A stretch of 64,000 nt of DNA from Anthoceros angustus (Eukaryota; Plantae; Anthocerotophyta). A program made the position numbers and the translations under genes. Every line of letters starts with the position of its first letter. Position 1 is the first letter of the stretch. This document shows, piece by piece, positions 48,203 to 62,019 of this stretch. The notes below the pieces were generated by a model. That model was not told where the DNA came from. It saw only the letters and a list, made by a program, of their open reading frames with translations, and made no database searches. The DNA lies in assembly GCA_010909165.1 (NCBI GenBank), contig MU008162.1, forward strand, positions 1,240,001 through 1,304,000, written 5' to 3'.

Positions 48203-51200
48203 ATGGCTTCGAGTCAGGCAGGGCAGGATGGTGCTGATGGGAAGCTGTTTGCGGGAGTGCGGTTTGTGCTTGCGGGCTTTGACGAGCCCTCCGAGTTAGA
48301 GGTATGAGGGGTGTCATGGCGCCGTGGGGCTAGACGCTGTAAATTGGACGGATGAAGGTTTGCGCCTGACGATGTTTGCACGTGTGCAGTTTCTTACGGA
48401 GCTTGAACGAAATGGAGGCCAGAATATGGGGCGGTATTCTGCCGGTTGCACTCATGTCATCGTTTGTGACCTCACTCTCGTAAGCGTCTTGAAGAGCATG
48501 TGTGTTTCTTGTGTGTCCTGGATGTTAGCTGTTTAGGGACTTTGTGTCCGGAGCACCCCGACTCCCTGTCTGTTAAACGGTGGAAGCATTGTATGCACAG
48601 GATGAGCCGATCTGTGTAGCTGCACTGAAGGATGGGAAAGAGCTCGTCACCGAGTATTGGGTCGCGGACTGCCTACAATTTGGCACACTGATGGACACTG
48701 ATACTGTAAGCCACATCTCAGAAAAGACTTTGTGTGGTCTATTTTTTGGAATTGGTACTGGGTATGTTTTCTCAGACATGTGAGTTGATCTCAAAGGTTT
48801 GGAGCTTACCCCTGGCAATGTGGCATGTAGGTTCTATATAGACCTTTGAAGGATTTAAATGGTATTCCGGGAAGTGAAAAGCTGGTTCTTTGCCTCACTG
48901 GTTATCAGGGCCAGATGCGAACTGACATTATGGTAACAGGTCCTCGGTACCTCCGTGGTTCATTTTCTCACAATAAAGAGGGGAGCAGAAGCTTAGGACA
49001 AGTGGAATGTTCGAGCCCTTAACACTGTCTCACGTCTGTTATCAGAGGATGGTTGACATGATGGGGGCCAGATTTACGAAGCCACTTCTGGCGGCTGAAG
49101 TTACTCATCTGATATGCTACAAGTTTGAGGGTAAGCACATGATCAACATGCTGCGTAGTCCTGGCTATGTTTTGATAGCTGTCAGCAATCGTTTTGATAG
49201 CTCTCGTTTTGGAATTTGGTGTTTCCCCTGTGGATGAGCAGCTTCTTTTCTTTTGGCTGCTCAGGTGAGAAATTTCAGCTGGCAAACCGGCTGAACATAA
49301 AGTTGGTGAACCACCGGTGGCTTGAGGATTGGTACGTATTCTGCATTTTCCTTTGAATGTCATGAGCTTTAGAACCAGTCACTAAATAGTTCCACTTGAA
49401 ACTGTGGCCAGTATGCTTTTCCTAATCTGTTGATTATCACCACTGTATCTGGGAACCTCTTCTGTGTTAACTTTTGGGTGACCTTCGTGTGACTGTTCCC
49501 ACACTTCAGCTTGCTGGCATGGAAGGTGCTTCCTGAGATTGGCTACCAGAGAAGGTGCGAATTTGTTGTACATGTGGTCTGCAGCAGAACAGTGTTGGTT
49601 TTCTGTGCCCGCTATAACAAGAGAAGTGAATGCTTTGTCACAGTGGTTTCGAGTTGGAGTTTGGAAACGTAGTTGCAAATGATTCTGAGGAAAACGGCAC
49701 TCCAGAGAGCACTTTCAGGACAGCTTCAAAGACTCCTCGGGGTGGGCCTGGTTCCAATGATGCCACCACTACCACTCCAAAAAATCCTGACAAACAAGGC
49801 ACCAGAGAGAAGACACCTCGAAGTTGCCCTTCAACTAAATCCAGGAGAATGGTAAGTCCTGGGTCCAGAATTCAGATGCTACAGTCAAGTAGGAAAGGGA
49901 AGCAGCTGAACTTCCAATCCTCGCATACGCCAATGAGAGGGCTATCTGTTGCTGAGCATCAAACTACACCTACAGCACACAGCACTCCCATGCAGCCTAG
50001 CTCAAGTAAGGGGCAGGCTCTGGTCTCTGGGATAGGGACTTTAGAGACCTGCGGTGTGCATCATGATGAGAACAAGACACCCCAGATGCACGGATTTGAG
50101 GTCCGTGAACAGGCCTCTGGAGCTGTGGATGGCGCCGCAGAACCAAGGGATGTGGGAGCTGGCCTTGACATCAATGGAAATAGCAAGACTGACGGATCTG
50201 AGAAAGTGCTCCTTCAGGTGAATGAGAGAAGCCTTAGCTCGTTCAATGCACAAACTGTGTCAACTGCATGTACAGCGATCAAAGTGGATGAAGCGGATTG
50301 CCAGAATGGAGCATCAGAACAGCGGCCAGATCACGGGATAACAAGCAATCGTGATGCACTGGGGAAAGTAATTGTAAATAACCACATTCAGGAGTTGAAG
50401 GATGGAAATGGGGACAGGTGCTCCAGAGAGGTTGAGAACACTAGCTTACAAGGAGCTGTCAGGAGTCCAGGGACTGGCAAGTGTGAAATGGGTGCTGATT
50501 GTGGCCAGCAGGGCAGAACTGTGCAGACTGCAACATCCACGAGGGATAGTCCAATTGCACCACTTGCTGCAAGTGAACGGCTTGAGGTCAATGCAGGAGT
50601 TGGCCCCGCAAGTTTGGAGAAAAGTGTTGTGCTCAAGGCTGAAATTAGAACCTACAAAGCACAAGCGGTAGAAGAAATAAGAAAGGAGCCTGGAGAGTTG
50701 GATGAGCTGCGTCAGAAGTCTTCTGCTGATGGCCTTATACATTCAGAAAGCAACACACAAATGATTGAGGAGACTGCATTAGCTGTTCTCAAGAGTTTTG
50801 GCAAGTCTGGTATCTCCAAGGCTGGTGATTCACCGGACGACATGGAAATTTTGCAGGAGTCAAGACAGCTCAATCAGATAATAGCTTCTACCAGTATGCT
50901 GAGTGCTGGAAAGAGGAAGTTAAGTGACTCTCTGCCAGTATCAAATGCGGAGGATCTCAGTCGGGATCAACTCGTGGCTCAGGAAACCAAAACCGCTGTC
51001 AGGCGAGACCTGACATCAGAACTGCAGGCTGATTTGCAAGGTGATGAAAATACTCCATCTCCCTGGAGAACCAAAAAGGCGAAACTGGACCCTGTTTTTG
51101 CCAGCCCTGTCCCTGGGGTTCTAGAGCCAAACAGTACGCTAGATTCGGGTAAACTGCAGAAATCTTCTGCAAAACCTAAGTATGCTGGACTTATAAGAAA

Positions 51201-53697
51201 GCTTCTGGGGTCTGAAAGTGTAAAGCGACGCTCTGACTTTTATGACCTGGAGAAGGAGTTCTGTGATGACATTGGGCAGGGAGTTACAACACCAGAAACA
51301 AACAGGGCTCATCGTCTATCGGCATCTGGAGTGCAGTCGGTTAATAACGAGGAAGTGCCGCAGGAGGCTCTTCCGGGTCAAGGACCTGCAAAGCAGCCTC
51401 CCATTCCAGGGAACAGTGGGCTGCAATCTGCTTTGAAGAAGAAAGCAGATCAAGTAACGGTCACAGTCACACCTTTGAAACGTCCTTTTGGCTCTCTAGC
51501 TAAGACTCAATCAAACAAAGCTTCACCTGCCGGAGTCACAAAGACTCCGAAACTCGTGGGAGTGCAGAAGACACGTGATACAAAGACTGTGAAACGGCCT
51601 GTTTTGCAAAACAATGGACATGGTGACCCAGAAACAAAGGCTGACAATTTAGAGTTGCCGAAATTTCCACAACTCCTGCCTGGTGTCCGAAATGATGTTG
51701 GGGACAAGACCACCCATCAGGGCACAGTGGGAGTTCTTGCAGGAGAGGATTCACAGCAGAGCTCTGGTCCAAATGAGTGGACATGCCTTTTTGCTGGAAA
51801 TCCACCTTCTAACCCACTGGTCAAGGATGCAGACATCCCTGCTGTAAATGACCAGCGCATGGGCAAAATCAATCAATGTGGGTTGGGGGAGAATGTGCCT
51901 CAAGGTGGCCCGGGGGCCTCAATGGCTGAAGAAAGGTTGCAGACTATTGACAGACTTGGTGAAGCTCAAATTGAAACCACCACAACTCCGAAAGTCAAGT
52001 TACGGCAGACGAAGCAGAAGGCAACAACAAGAAGGTCAAAGGGGGTTGAGGCTGTGCAGCTTGGTTTAGAAGCATCTATGCCTGCTGCAATTTGTGAAAC
52101 AGGCAGGAGCTCAAGACAGCCACGCTTGAACAAGGAACCAGTGAAAGATGTACCCGAGGCTGTTATTGAGGATCATCACTCTGAAGAAGGTTTGCAGTCA
52201 TCTATGGACAGACTTGGCGAAGCATCAATTGAAACTATCGTAACTCCAAAAGTCAAGGTAAGGCAGAAGAAGCAGAAGGCAACAACAAGGAGGTCAAAGG
52301 AGGTTGAGGCTGTGCAGCTTGGTTTAGAAGCACCTATGCCTGCTGCAGTTTGTGAGACCGGCAGGAGCTCGAGGCAGCCATGCATGAACAAGGTATCAGT
52401 GAAAGATGTACCCGAGGCCGTTATTGAAGATGATCACTCTGTACCAGCCTCGGAGGAAAAAGTTGCAGAACCGAAGTGTTCAATGAAGGACACGGAAAGG
52501 TGGTTTGCACTGGCAGGAAGGACCAAGGAAAAGGACAGATTCAAAAGTATCCTAAAGAAGCTTGGTGGAAAGCTCAGCAAAGATGGTCACAAATGGAATG
52601 ACCAATCTACTCATGTGATACTTCCTGCCCCACTTCGTCGGACAGAGAAATTTTTCGCAGGAGCAGCAGCAGGCAGGTTAGAACCAAGAAAACTTCCATT
52701 TTTGGAGCTAGCTTCTTTGTCCTGCCAATAATAGACTTAGCATGTTTTGTGCTGTCCATCAGGTGGTTGCTGACAGCAGATTACTTGGAGGCAAGCATGG
52801 AAGCAAAGATGTTTGTTAAAGAGCTGGATTATGAGTGGCATGGTGCTGGCTACAATGGGGAAGGAAACATTGGCCTGGATGCGCCTAGGAAATGGCGTAA
52901 GCACAGGGAGGAGACTGGTTGTGGTGCTTTTCACGGTTTGCGAATAGTTGTATATGGAGAATGCACTGCACCTACTGTGGTAAGTCCAAAAACCTCATAA
53001 CTGAATCAACTTGCGTTGACTGTTGTTTGCTTTCCTGAGCTGTGTTTCCATGGTGCTGACATTCCTGTTGGGGGTGGCTCAGGATACTCTGAAACGTGCC
53101 ATCAAAGCAGGGGGAGGCAGGTTGCTTGCCATTGCTCCACCATACGGTCCTGATCTATCTGGTGTAGATTTTGCCCTTCTCAACCGGAGCATATCTGCAG
53201 AGGATAAATGGGTAAAGGCTTTTGTAGATTCTGGAATTGCTTGTGTGGCAGTCGACTACCTCATAGACTATGTGTGCAAGCCCTCAGCATCACTTGAAAA
53301 GCATATTTTGCATGGGACAAGCAGAGCTGTTGCAGATGCTCGAAAGCTCCTTGACAGCAACATTGCAGCTGCTGCCAAAAGATTCCAGGCATGTCAGGTT
53401 CCAGGATCAGGAACTCGTGAGCAGGAGGTCAAGGAACAGGAACTGAAAGATCCTCCCTCGGAAGTACACCAAGGTGAGGAAGTCAGTGAAGAAGGTGACG
53501 ATGTTTTTTGCTCTGTTTGCAAGAAAGGAGATAGGGAGGATGTGATGATGCTCTGTGGAGATGATAAAGGACGAGGATGTGGGGTGGCTATGCATATCTA
53601 TTGCTGTAAACCTCCATTGTCGGAGGTTCCAGAAGAGGACTGGTTTTGTAAGAAGTGTTTGAAGCCTCCACGGAAACCTAGGCGTGTAAATAAATAG
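48203..53697 (+). CDS. Multi-BRCT domain protein with C-terminal PHD finger (At4g02110-like)
   Basis: N-terminal exons LFAGVRFVLAGF, CTHVIV, YRPLKDLNGIPGS..LCLTGYQG, VTHLICYKFEGEKF, LVNHRWLED. A large disordered exon follows, then BRCT THVILPAPLRRTEKFFAGAAAGRW, APRKWR, and PHD CSVCKKGDREDVMMLCGD..HIYCCKPPLSEVPEEDWFCKKC. Confidence 0.9.
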
Positions 53698-54242
53698 TAG
53701 GTTGCCTGCCGACGGTTTTGTGCAATTTTTTAGATTATCTAGCTCGTTGACGAGGTTGCTGTCTGCGAGAATTCTAACTAACCCATGTGATGAAACACAC
53801 TGCTCTAGTACTTTCCTGTGCTCGCCGGTAGCATCTTTTGTCAGTCGTCAGTGTTCATTGTGTACGGCTGTTTGTAGGGAGGTGGCCGCAGGTATAAGTT
53901 AAATTAAAACTCGTAGGATTTATTGGGACGGGATCGGCCATCGGATCTACGTCTACATATTGCCTCTCCTCTATTTCCGTCTGCCTAACAAGCCTATTGT
54001 TGATAGAGGGTTTTCGTTGTCCCACCTGAGATGACGCTTCAAGTAGAACCCAACAGGCTGGCACTATCACAGTATGTCATATATTGTGGGAAAAATGGTG
54101 CTTCACAACTCCCAGTCGCCTTGAGATGCACCGCTATGCTACAGGAACGGCGCAAGCAAGCCTTCAAAAGCGAGAACACGGGGGTCCACGGTTGATAAGC
54201 TCCTATGGTACAGCTATTGGTAATCTCAGTCCATCAGTAGTA

Positions 54243-56885
54243 TCAGTCTAGAATTGGGACTAATGGACGTTCCCCCTTGATATGTTGAACCAATACATCT
54301 GACAATTTGCCCTCAGCCTGCAAGCAAATCAGAGCAGAAAGTTCAGAGTATGTTAGGGCGATAGTGAAACCTCATGTGGAATCAGTAAGGAGAGCTCAAA
54401 CAATCTATCACCTGGAAGTGGCGCATGTGTAAAATGGGTTCCGAGCCAAGTTCAGCCACCGTGTGAACCCCGACAGCTGTGCCAACGGTTCGGGCTCTGT
54501 AGGCTGCCAAGAAGGCTTCAGCAGCTGTATCCAGCGACCGACAGACCTTCAATAAAGCCTCCAGTGAATTCATCTGCAACATCCGAGCAGTTCAAACTGT
54601 GACAACAGGCGTTCAAAGCCAGGATGCACACCAGAACCCAAGATGATGGCACTCACCTTCATGAAGGGACAGGATGCGCATCCTCCTGTGATGGAACACC
54701 CTTCTCCAGAAGCGATTCCAGGAACGATGGTCATCTCAGGCAAGCTGGCTGTGCTGAGCCCATTGGATGTTGTGCTGATGGCATCAGAGGAAACAGGGAA
54801 AATAATTTCTACTTCTACATTAGCTCCGATTGTGGTTGCCTGCTGGTTGGCAGACAGAAGCTCTCGGACTGCTCCGACAATGGAGGTTATCATGCCAGAC
54901 TCTGTCCCCAAGACAAACTGCAGTCGGTCGCTGAACCCCCGTTGCAGAGACTCCTTCAACCGCGCAGTGATGAAGTCCAGAATGTTCTGTGTGGAACCAA
55001 CGACTCCCATTCCTCTTGCTTTGGCCTCCATTGCCAGAGCAAACATCTCGCCGGGCACTTCGAAGTGCGCAGTTTGATAGGCATCAGGGTATCCTACCCT
55101 GACCCGTGACACCACATCTTTCCCGAACAGGTCATGCACAATGCAAGCTCCATCCTGCAGGCCCACATACAAGGGAGGTCTAAAAAATAATGCACCTCTG
55201 ACACAGCACCTGGGAGCAAGAAACGAGCAGCGGCAAGCCCACCTGGAAATAATGAAGGCGAGGCAGTAGGTCAGCTATGGTGTTTCTGTTATGCGCAGGA
55301 TGAACAGCTGCAATCTCCTCATCAGACAACGTACAAAGTGTCCTGAAAAGTTCAGCTAAGTTTGCACCCATGTATGAATCTGGTCCATACCAAACTGTCA
55401 GTCCTGGTACTTGCGAGAATGCCTGTGCCCCCACCCAAAACAAACACAAGACTATGAATGCTACTGAGATAAACAAATCGGCCAGCCTGGCTCAACGAGA
55501 CATGAAAACACCACAACCACGCACCTGCAGAACAGTCTGCACCACATTCGAAGAGGTGCAGGTGATGGTAGGCACCAGCGAGTGGGCTAGAGCCTTGGTC
55601 TCCAGCGACGTGTTTATATATATGACATGTAGTGACGGCTTGGTCGCAGAGGCTGCTTCCAAGAAGCTGGCATACGCTGGCGTGTGTGCAGCCTCAGCGA
55701 GGGAGCACCCAATGTGGTCTCCAGACATCCGATATACACCAACCTGAAAAACCCAATCCAAAATTCCAATTCCACCCATCATCACAGCAGGCTCCGGCAA
55801 CCTGACCTGCCAAAGAACAAGACCAAGCAAAAAACCCACAAACCTGCTCGAACCCGGCTCGATCAAGAATGGCCCGAACGTTCTCAGACATGAAATCCAC
55901 CCCCAGAACCGCAATCTTCCTACACCCAGCCTCCGCCATCTTCACGGCCCGATCCGCCATGACAAGGGAGTCCGAAATGTAGATATGCGGCCAGTCCTTC
56001 TGCGCAGCCACGAGCACTCCCTGCACCTCCGGGTCCATATAGAAGTGAGCGACGATCCCCACCTTCTTCTCCCTGAGCAAACCCACGAGCTCCGCTACCT
56101 TCCCCGCATCCGGCGACAGATACTTCACCTGCGCCAGCGCGAAATCCCCCTGCGCCGTCACGCCCTGCGAAGTGACCAGCAAAGAGGGGAAGGGATCGAA
56201 AGACGGCAAGCCCGCCCGCTGCGCGACCGCCATGCGCGTCCGCTTCTTCATCGTCACCAGGACGTTGAACCAGGTGCTGATCCGGGACCCGGATCCTATC
56301 CCGAAGCTCAGGCTCTTGAGCGCGTCGTCAGGAACCGCCAGAACATCCTCCGGCCTGGCCCCGTCCACGGCCCGCAGCAGCAAAGCGCACAGCCCCCGCG
56401 TGAAGGCGGAGTCGCTGTCGGCCCGGAACCGCATCCGGCCATCGGATCCCAGCTCCGCCGTCACCCACACCTGCGTCGTGCACCCCGGCACCCGGTTCTC
56501 CGCAATGCGCAAAACCCGCCGGCATGCGAGGCATCGCCTCCGCCATCTCCAGCACCCGCTTCATCCTCCCTTCCCATCCCCCAGCCGCCATCACCTCCGC
56601 ACCAAATCCTCCAAAACCTGCTGCACCTCCCGCTCTTGCTCCTCCTCCGCCGCCACAACTGCAGCTGCCGCCGCCGCCGCCACGTGATCTCCCAAGCTGC
56701 ATCTTGCTCCCCGGCCCAATGCCTGCTGCAATTCTCCTTCCTCACGCCCCCGGATGAGCCACACTCTGCCCCCACGACACCTGCCGCCGCCATTGCTGCT
56801 GCTGCGGGCACGCATTCGACGAAACAGCGTTCGCCAGCGCAGTCGCAGCGCCAGCCACTTCCCGCACCACCACGGCCGCGGCCAT
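54243..56885 (-). CDS. QS: Chloroplast quinolinate synthase (SufE-NadA fusion, SufE3/OLD5)
   Basis: SufE domain ENRVPGCTTQVWV..ADSDS; NadA motifs AHFYMDPEVQG, ISDSLVMAD, LGVDFMSENV, IGCSLAEAA, YINTSL, TCTSSNVV, CIVHDLF, AHFEVPGEMF, GTESG, GGCASCPFMKMNSL. Last exon 54317-54243. Three apparent frameshifts in GC-rich exon 1; start inferred. Confidence 0.92.
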
Positions 56886-57846
56886 GGCTGCTGCTTCCTC
56901 CTCCTCCTGCTCTTCCTACTCCCTCTCGCCGCGCCGCCTTCACCACCACCACCACCAACAACCGACAACCGCGAAAAAATCCAAGGGACCAACCGGGCTA
57001 GAACTCCCCGCACCTCGCCTCAGCGACAGCTGAAGTGGGAAGGAAGATATAGCCCGGGAGCGCGCCCAGCCCCGAACTCAATCGCCCATCGCGGCCCCGG
57101 CTTTAGAGCCACCAGAATGCCAGCGGCCCAAGCCCGGGAGACGTGGGGGCTCGTTGCTGCGACTGCAGCTTCCAGCGGGCCACCCGGCAGCTCCACACAC
57201 GCCTTTGCATACAGATTCCAGAATCTTCACCTGGCAACGACCTCCAGAATCCAGCGCCTGCCATGACCATGACCAGAACCAGAACCTGCCCAGTCACATA
57301 TTCTACCTGTTGTTTTTTCATAGTCTCACCATCTCTACCTGGGGGATTAGGGTTTCGCGTCTCTCCGGCTTTGGCACATGGGGACAAGGGGTGGAGGGAA
57401 GGCAGCCGTCGGCTTCCCTGTTTTTCCACTGCTTTGAAGCTTTTTCTTCAAATCCAGAGAACCGGAACAGTCAGTCGTCTCTATCGTGATGCCTACGAAA
57501 GCGACGACAGCGATGCGAGCGCATGTACTTGCGTGTTGCTGCGAGAACACGCAACCCTGCCGGCACCGTCATTGGTTTCCGGATATTGCAGAGTACTACA
57601 AGATGCTGGCTGCAGCGGATTGGTGCGGACGAGATGGAAAATGTTCTCCGCCCGGGGACGAAGGAGTTCATGGACTCCACGATGCAAGTTGTTTGATTGT
57701 TTTGTGTACACTGTACAGAACTGTAAAGCGACTATGCATCTGTTGGTGTAGGTATATACAGAAAACCGAGGATGTGGAGCCCGGCTGGGGAGATGTGATC
57801 AGCATCCAACAGCTGTGTGTACAAGCTCTTGTCACAGGACTTGTCC

Positions 57847-60800
57847 TCACTGCTGTGTCGTGAGGCCTCCGTTTTGTTCCGCCTGGAGGCTCGCCACCAG
57901 CTTCTCCGTCTTCCTTAATCCACGCTCGAAAATCTCGACGAACTGCGCAGGAATTGTGCTTAGACTCGTTCACGGAGCTTGTGGATGTCCATGAATGATA
58001 AGTAGACCTAAACGTACCTTTTTAATTTCTTCTTCAGTGATGATGAGATGAGGGGAAAGCATGATGGTGTCCCCGGCAACTCGGACCAGCAGTCCATCCT
58101 CTGCGCAGAACTCCAAGAAACGAGTCCCAACGGCTGCACATCCAGTCCGTTTATGATGTGCCCGACGCTGCCTGGAAGCGTCGTATCAACCAGCATGGAG
58201 ATTCAAGCAGCAGGATGGCAATGGCTTACCCCACGCTGCTGGAAAGGGAGTTCCCTTCTTGTCGGCTGCAAACTCTACTGCCATAATCAACTCTAGGCCT
58301 CGAATCTGTGAACAAAGACCATGGCAGGACGTGCCAAATGTGGAAGGCTTAGTTCAGGCAGCGAACGCAGGCGAAACTTTGGCATGATTTACGTTTACCT
58401 CTCCGATGATCGGGCTATCTGACAGGGCCCTCATGCCATTTTGGAACACTGGAGAAACCTTCCTCACATGTCCAGGAATATCTCTTTCCCTGCCAGAGAG
58501 CTGTGCAGTCAGTTGACACCTTCTGAAGCAATCGCTGAGAACTTTTGGTATGAAAGGGGAGAGACAGCTACTTGTATATGCGTATGGCCTCCAAGGATAC
58601 TGCAACTCCAACGGGATGTCCAGAATATGTGAAACCATGTCCGAAGTTTCCTGCAAAAGAGCGACTCGTCAGAGAAAGTGCTTACAGAAGGAGTTGGACT
58701 GTGGCAAGTGCGGCACATGATCCACTAACCCAGCCGTTTGCTCTCGTTGGCTATGACTTCCGCAATTGGTTCGCTGATTAAGACTGCACCAATGGGCACG
58801 TACGCTGACGAGAGAGCCTGGCAATGATCCGCAGAGGTTTTGTCATATTGCCAATCCACTAGCCTGAAACAGCTTCATACAGTGTGTACTTCACAAGCGA
58901 AATGACAGAAATGCACCTTCGCTAGGCTGACGAGATCAGGCTTCAGGTTATAGTACTCACTGCCAAACATTGTACCCAGCCTTCCAAACCCAGTCACAAC
59001 CTGCACGTCAAACACCCACGTAGTGGTTAACACTCGCCTGCAGCCAAGGAAACTCTAAATTCTAGACAAGAGTCCAGGTTTCATGCCACCTTTACCTCAT
59101 CAGCTATAAAGAGAATGTCATACTTCTTCAATATCTTTTGGACCTGCAAAGAACCATTCTAAACTGATTAAAAATCCTCCAGCTCGAAGCATCTACCGAA
59201 AGCAGGTCCCGAGCATTGGCAAACAAAGGAAACCTTTTCAAAGTATGTTTTAGGCGGTGGGATAACTCCACCCGCACCCATCACAGGTTCCGCAATGAAG
59301 GCAGCAATCTGCAGTATGAGACAACATGGATGAATACTACACCAGGGCTTCAAATTGAGCGCTTCAGAGTGAGGTCAAAATGCGTGAACAAATGCAGCTC
59401 ACTTCAAGAATCACATTACCGTATCTGATCCTTCTTTTAAAATGAGGCGCTCCAAATTATCTGCTAACCTCGTTGCAAAGTCTTCCTCGCTTTCACCTGT
59501 GCAAAGACAATCGGAGCTCAAGACCAGAAGCATTTCATCCAGAACAACTTCCACCCCCCGACCTCTAAGTGCAACATACCCGGTAAATGATACCGCCAAT
59601 AATGTGGGCAATCTGTACGCAGTACGAACTCAGCTGGTATGTCGAAGCTGTGATGCATGGCTGGTAACCTGAACAACGTTGAAAGGAGGTGAGGAACCAG
59701 ACTCAACAAGGGCACTGTTAGGCATGGGTGAGAGCCGCCCCTCATTGGTAAGCCCAGACCTTACCCGGAAAGTGCTGCTGCTATATATGTCACGCCATGG
59801 TACCTGACAGAAACGAATGTCAGACAACACCCATTTGATCTGAACAGCGCTGGAGCATGTCTGTAAACAAAGTGACTCACGCTTTCTCCCTGGCAATAAA
59901 CTTCTTCTTCAGAGGTCTTCCCAAAGCATTATTGTAGTACCATACCAACTTCACCTGCGTATGTAAAGAAGGAAAACAGACAAATGAAAACAGCTCCAGA
60001 AGAACCAAAGAGCAAACTGTCATGAGATAACTGTCCGCCTGTATCCAAGCTGTAATTGTGCCCGAAAATACAAAAAACAAATCTCACTTGAGTGTCGTTG
60101 GACTCGGACCCACTTCCAGTGAAGAACACCTTCCCAATTTTCGTAGGCTTGAAGAGGTCGATCAGTACACTGGCAAGTTCCTGGCAATTAAATCTGACCA
60201 CTGTCACAGAAAAACTAAACAAAACCAGGACTCGAAGATCAGAAGAATGACCTGTGCAAACCACACCCTTCCTACAGCCATACCAAAGCCGGCTCTGTTG
60301 CACGATTCCAGAAAGAATGATAAAATGGAAGAGTTTTCAGTTGTTTATTAGCAGCTTCAACCAATCGTGGTTCACTGCCACCTGGGAGGCAATCAAAACT
60401 GGAGAGATAAGCAACTCCCAATGTACAGCATCGGCCATACCAACGTACCGGACCAGAAAACACAGACACACACACCTAACGCTGTGCACCAGAGACCAGC
60501 CAGGGCATCAATGTACTCCTTTCCCTGCTCATCATACACGTAGATTCCCTGCACAGTAAGAGACCACAGGAATAAGACTAAATGCCCCGACATAGCACCC
60601 CGACAGACAAGCCATAGAGGTCGGACACCAACCTTGGACCTGGATATAATGAGTGGACTCTTCTCCAACTCCAGCGACCCCGGGGTGAAGGGAGCCAACA
60701 TACCATGCCCTCTGCACCAAGTCGGAAAATTGTCACACACAAATTGTTCTTAGTGTGAAGTCATGCACACACAGTACCAACATCCTTAACACCAAAATCC

Positions 60801-60978
60801 AATCCAATCCCCACAAATGCAGCTACAGCCACGGATGAGCGCACTTCTCTTCCGACAAGCTGTCACGGGCCTCGGGGAGACCCTTGCCCGCATTCTCTGT
60901 CGCCTGATTCGGCACAGACTTGAGAACAGCCTTCACCCCCGAATTCGTCCTTGCCAGAGGGACACCCGGGCCTGCCAT
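57847..60978 (-). CDS. GABA-T: GABA transaminase-like class III aminotransferase (many short exons)
   Basis: Exons read [104 protein letters not shown] (PLP lysine), [23 protein letters not shown]. Stop at 57847; start inferred. Confidence 0.92.
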
Positions 60979-61670
60979 TTTCACCAAAAAGCCAACAACT
61001 GCAAGCCAACCCAAAATCAGATCGTTGACGGGGTTCAGCGACCACCCGCAAGCCCTGGATCAAACAAGGCGGCGGGCCACGTCAGACCAAGCCGAGAATG
61101 TATTTAAATCATCAAATGCCTAAGCTTGGCAACAAAGGCAAGCAGGAACAGGCATGCAGGCAGAGTACCTTGCCAAAACCTGGTGCTTTGGCGGTTCTAG
61201 GGAACATAAAGAGACGACGAGCAGGCAGCGAAGCCCACGGCAACACTGGAAGACAGTGGGCAAGTCGATCACATGTACCTCTATTCAGTGGCACTTTACA
61301 GGCAAGGTAGTGCCAATTGGCACTATCCACGTGCCGACTACCTACCCAACATATTTTTACGGATTATTCAATGAGGGCGAAAGGAAGGAGGAAGGAGGCG
61401 TAGGGCGGGGGATAGGTAAGGGAATAAAGGGGACGATTTATGGAATGCCATAAATCAAAGGAAACTTGGTAACCCGGAGTCGCAATATCCCCATGGAAGG
61501 AGTGACGTCAATCCAGACATGAGTTCAAGGGACCTTGATTCCAACATTCCAACGACGGATCTGTACCTGGATGGGATGCAATCCATTCTAAGTTTCCTGG
61601 CCTTATGGGGCTGCCTGTCATAAAAATCATGTCCTCGTCTTTGTAGTGTGCCTGTCTTAAGATCCCTAAG

Positions 61671-61717
61671 GGGCTACTGGGCTACTACTCCTGATGAAAG
61701 TCGAGAGACGAAAGTCC
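61671..61717 (+). ncRNA. Hammerhead-ribozyme-like core (probably degenerate)
   Basis: CTGATGA-aa-GTC-GAGA-GAC-GAAA-GTCC; upstream GGGCT-A can pair with AGTCC. Stem I is not convincing. Confidence 0.3.
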
Positions 61718-62019
61718 GTTGAACAGCATTGATTCCTGCCCCCCGCACTCCGAGCCTACATGTTCTGCGTTGCAGCTCAAACAAGTGTTACTGTCTTCAG
61801 AGGGCAGCAATTGCTCGGACGCATATTCAGCTAGCTTTAAATTTCTACTCCTCCTGTAAATCACTGCTAATTAATGTGATGATCTCATTTCAGCATTGCA
61901 GCAGCACGCATCCCCGATCATACTCGTCCATGGTTGTCTCTGTCGACACTTGCTAAACCCTCAAGAGCCTCCCGAGCAGAAACCAGTGCTTCAAGACCTA
62001 GAATAATTCATGCCATCAT

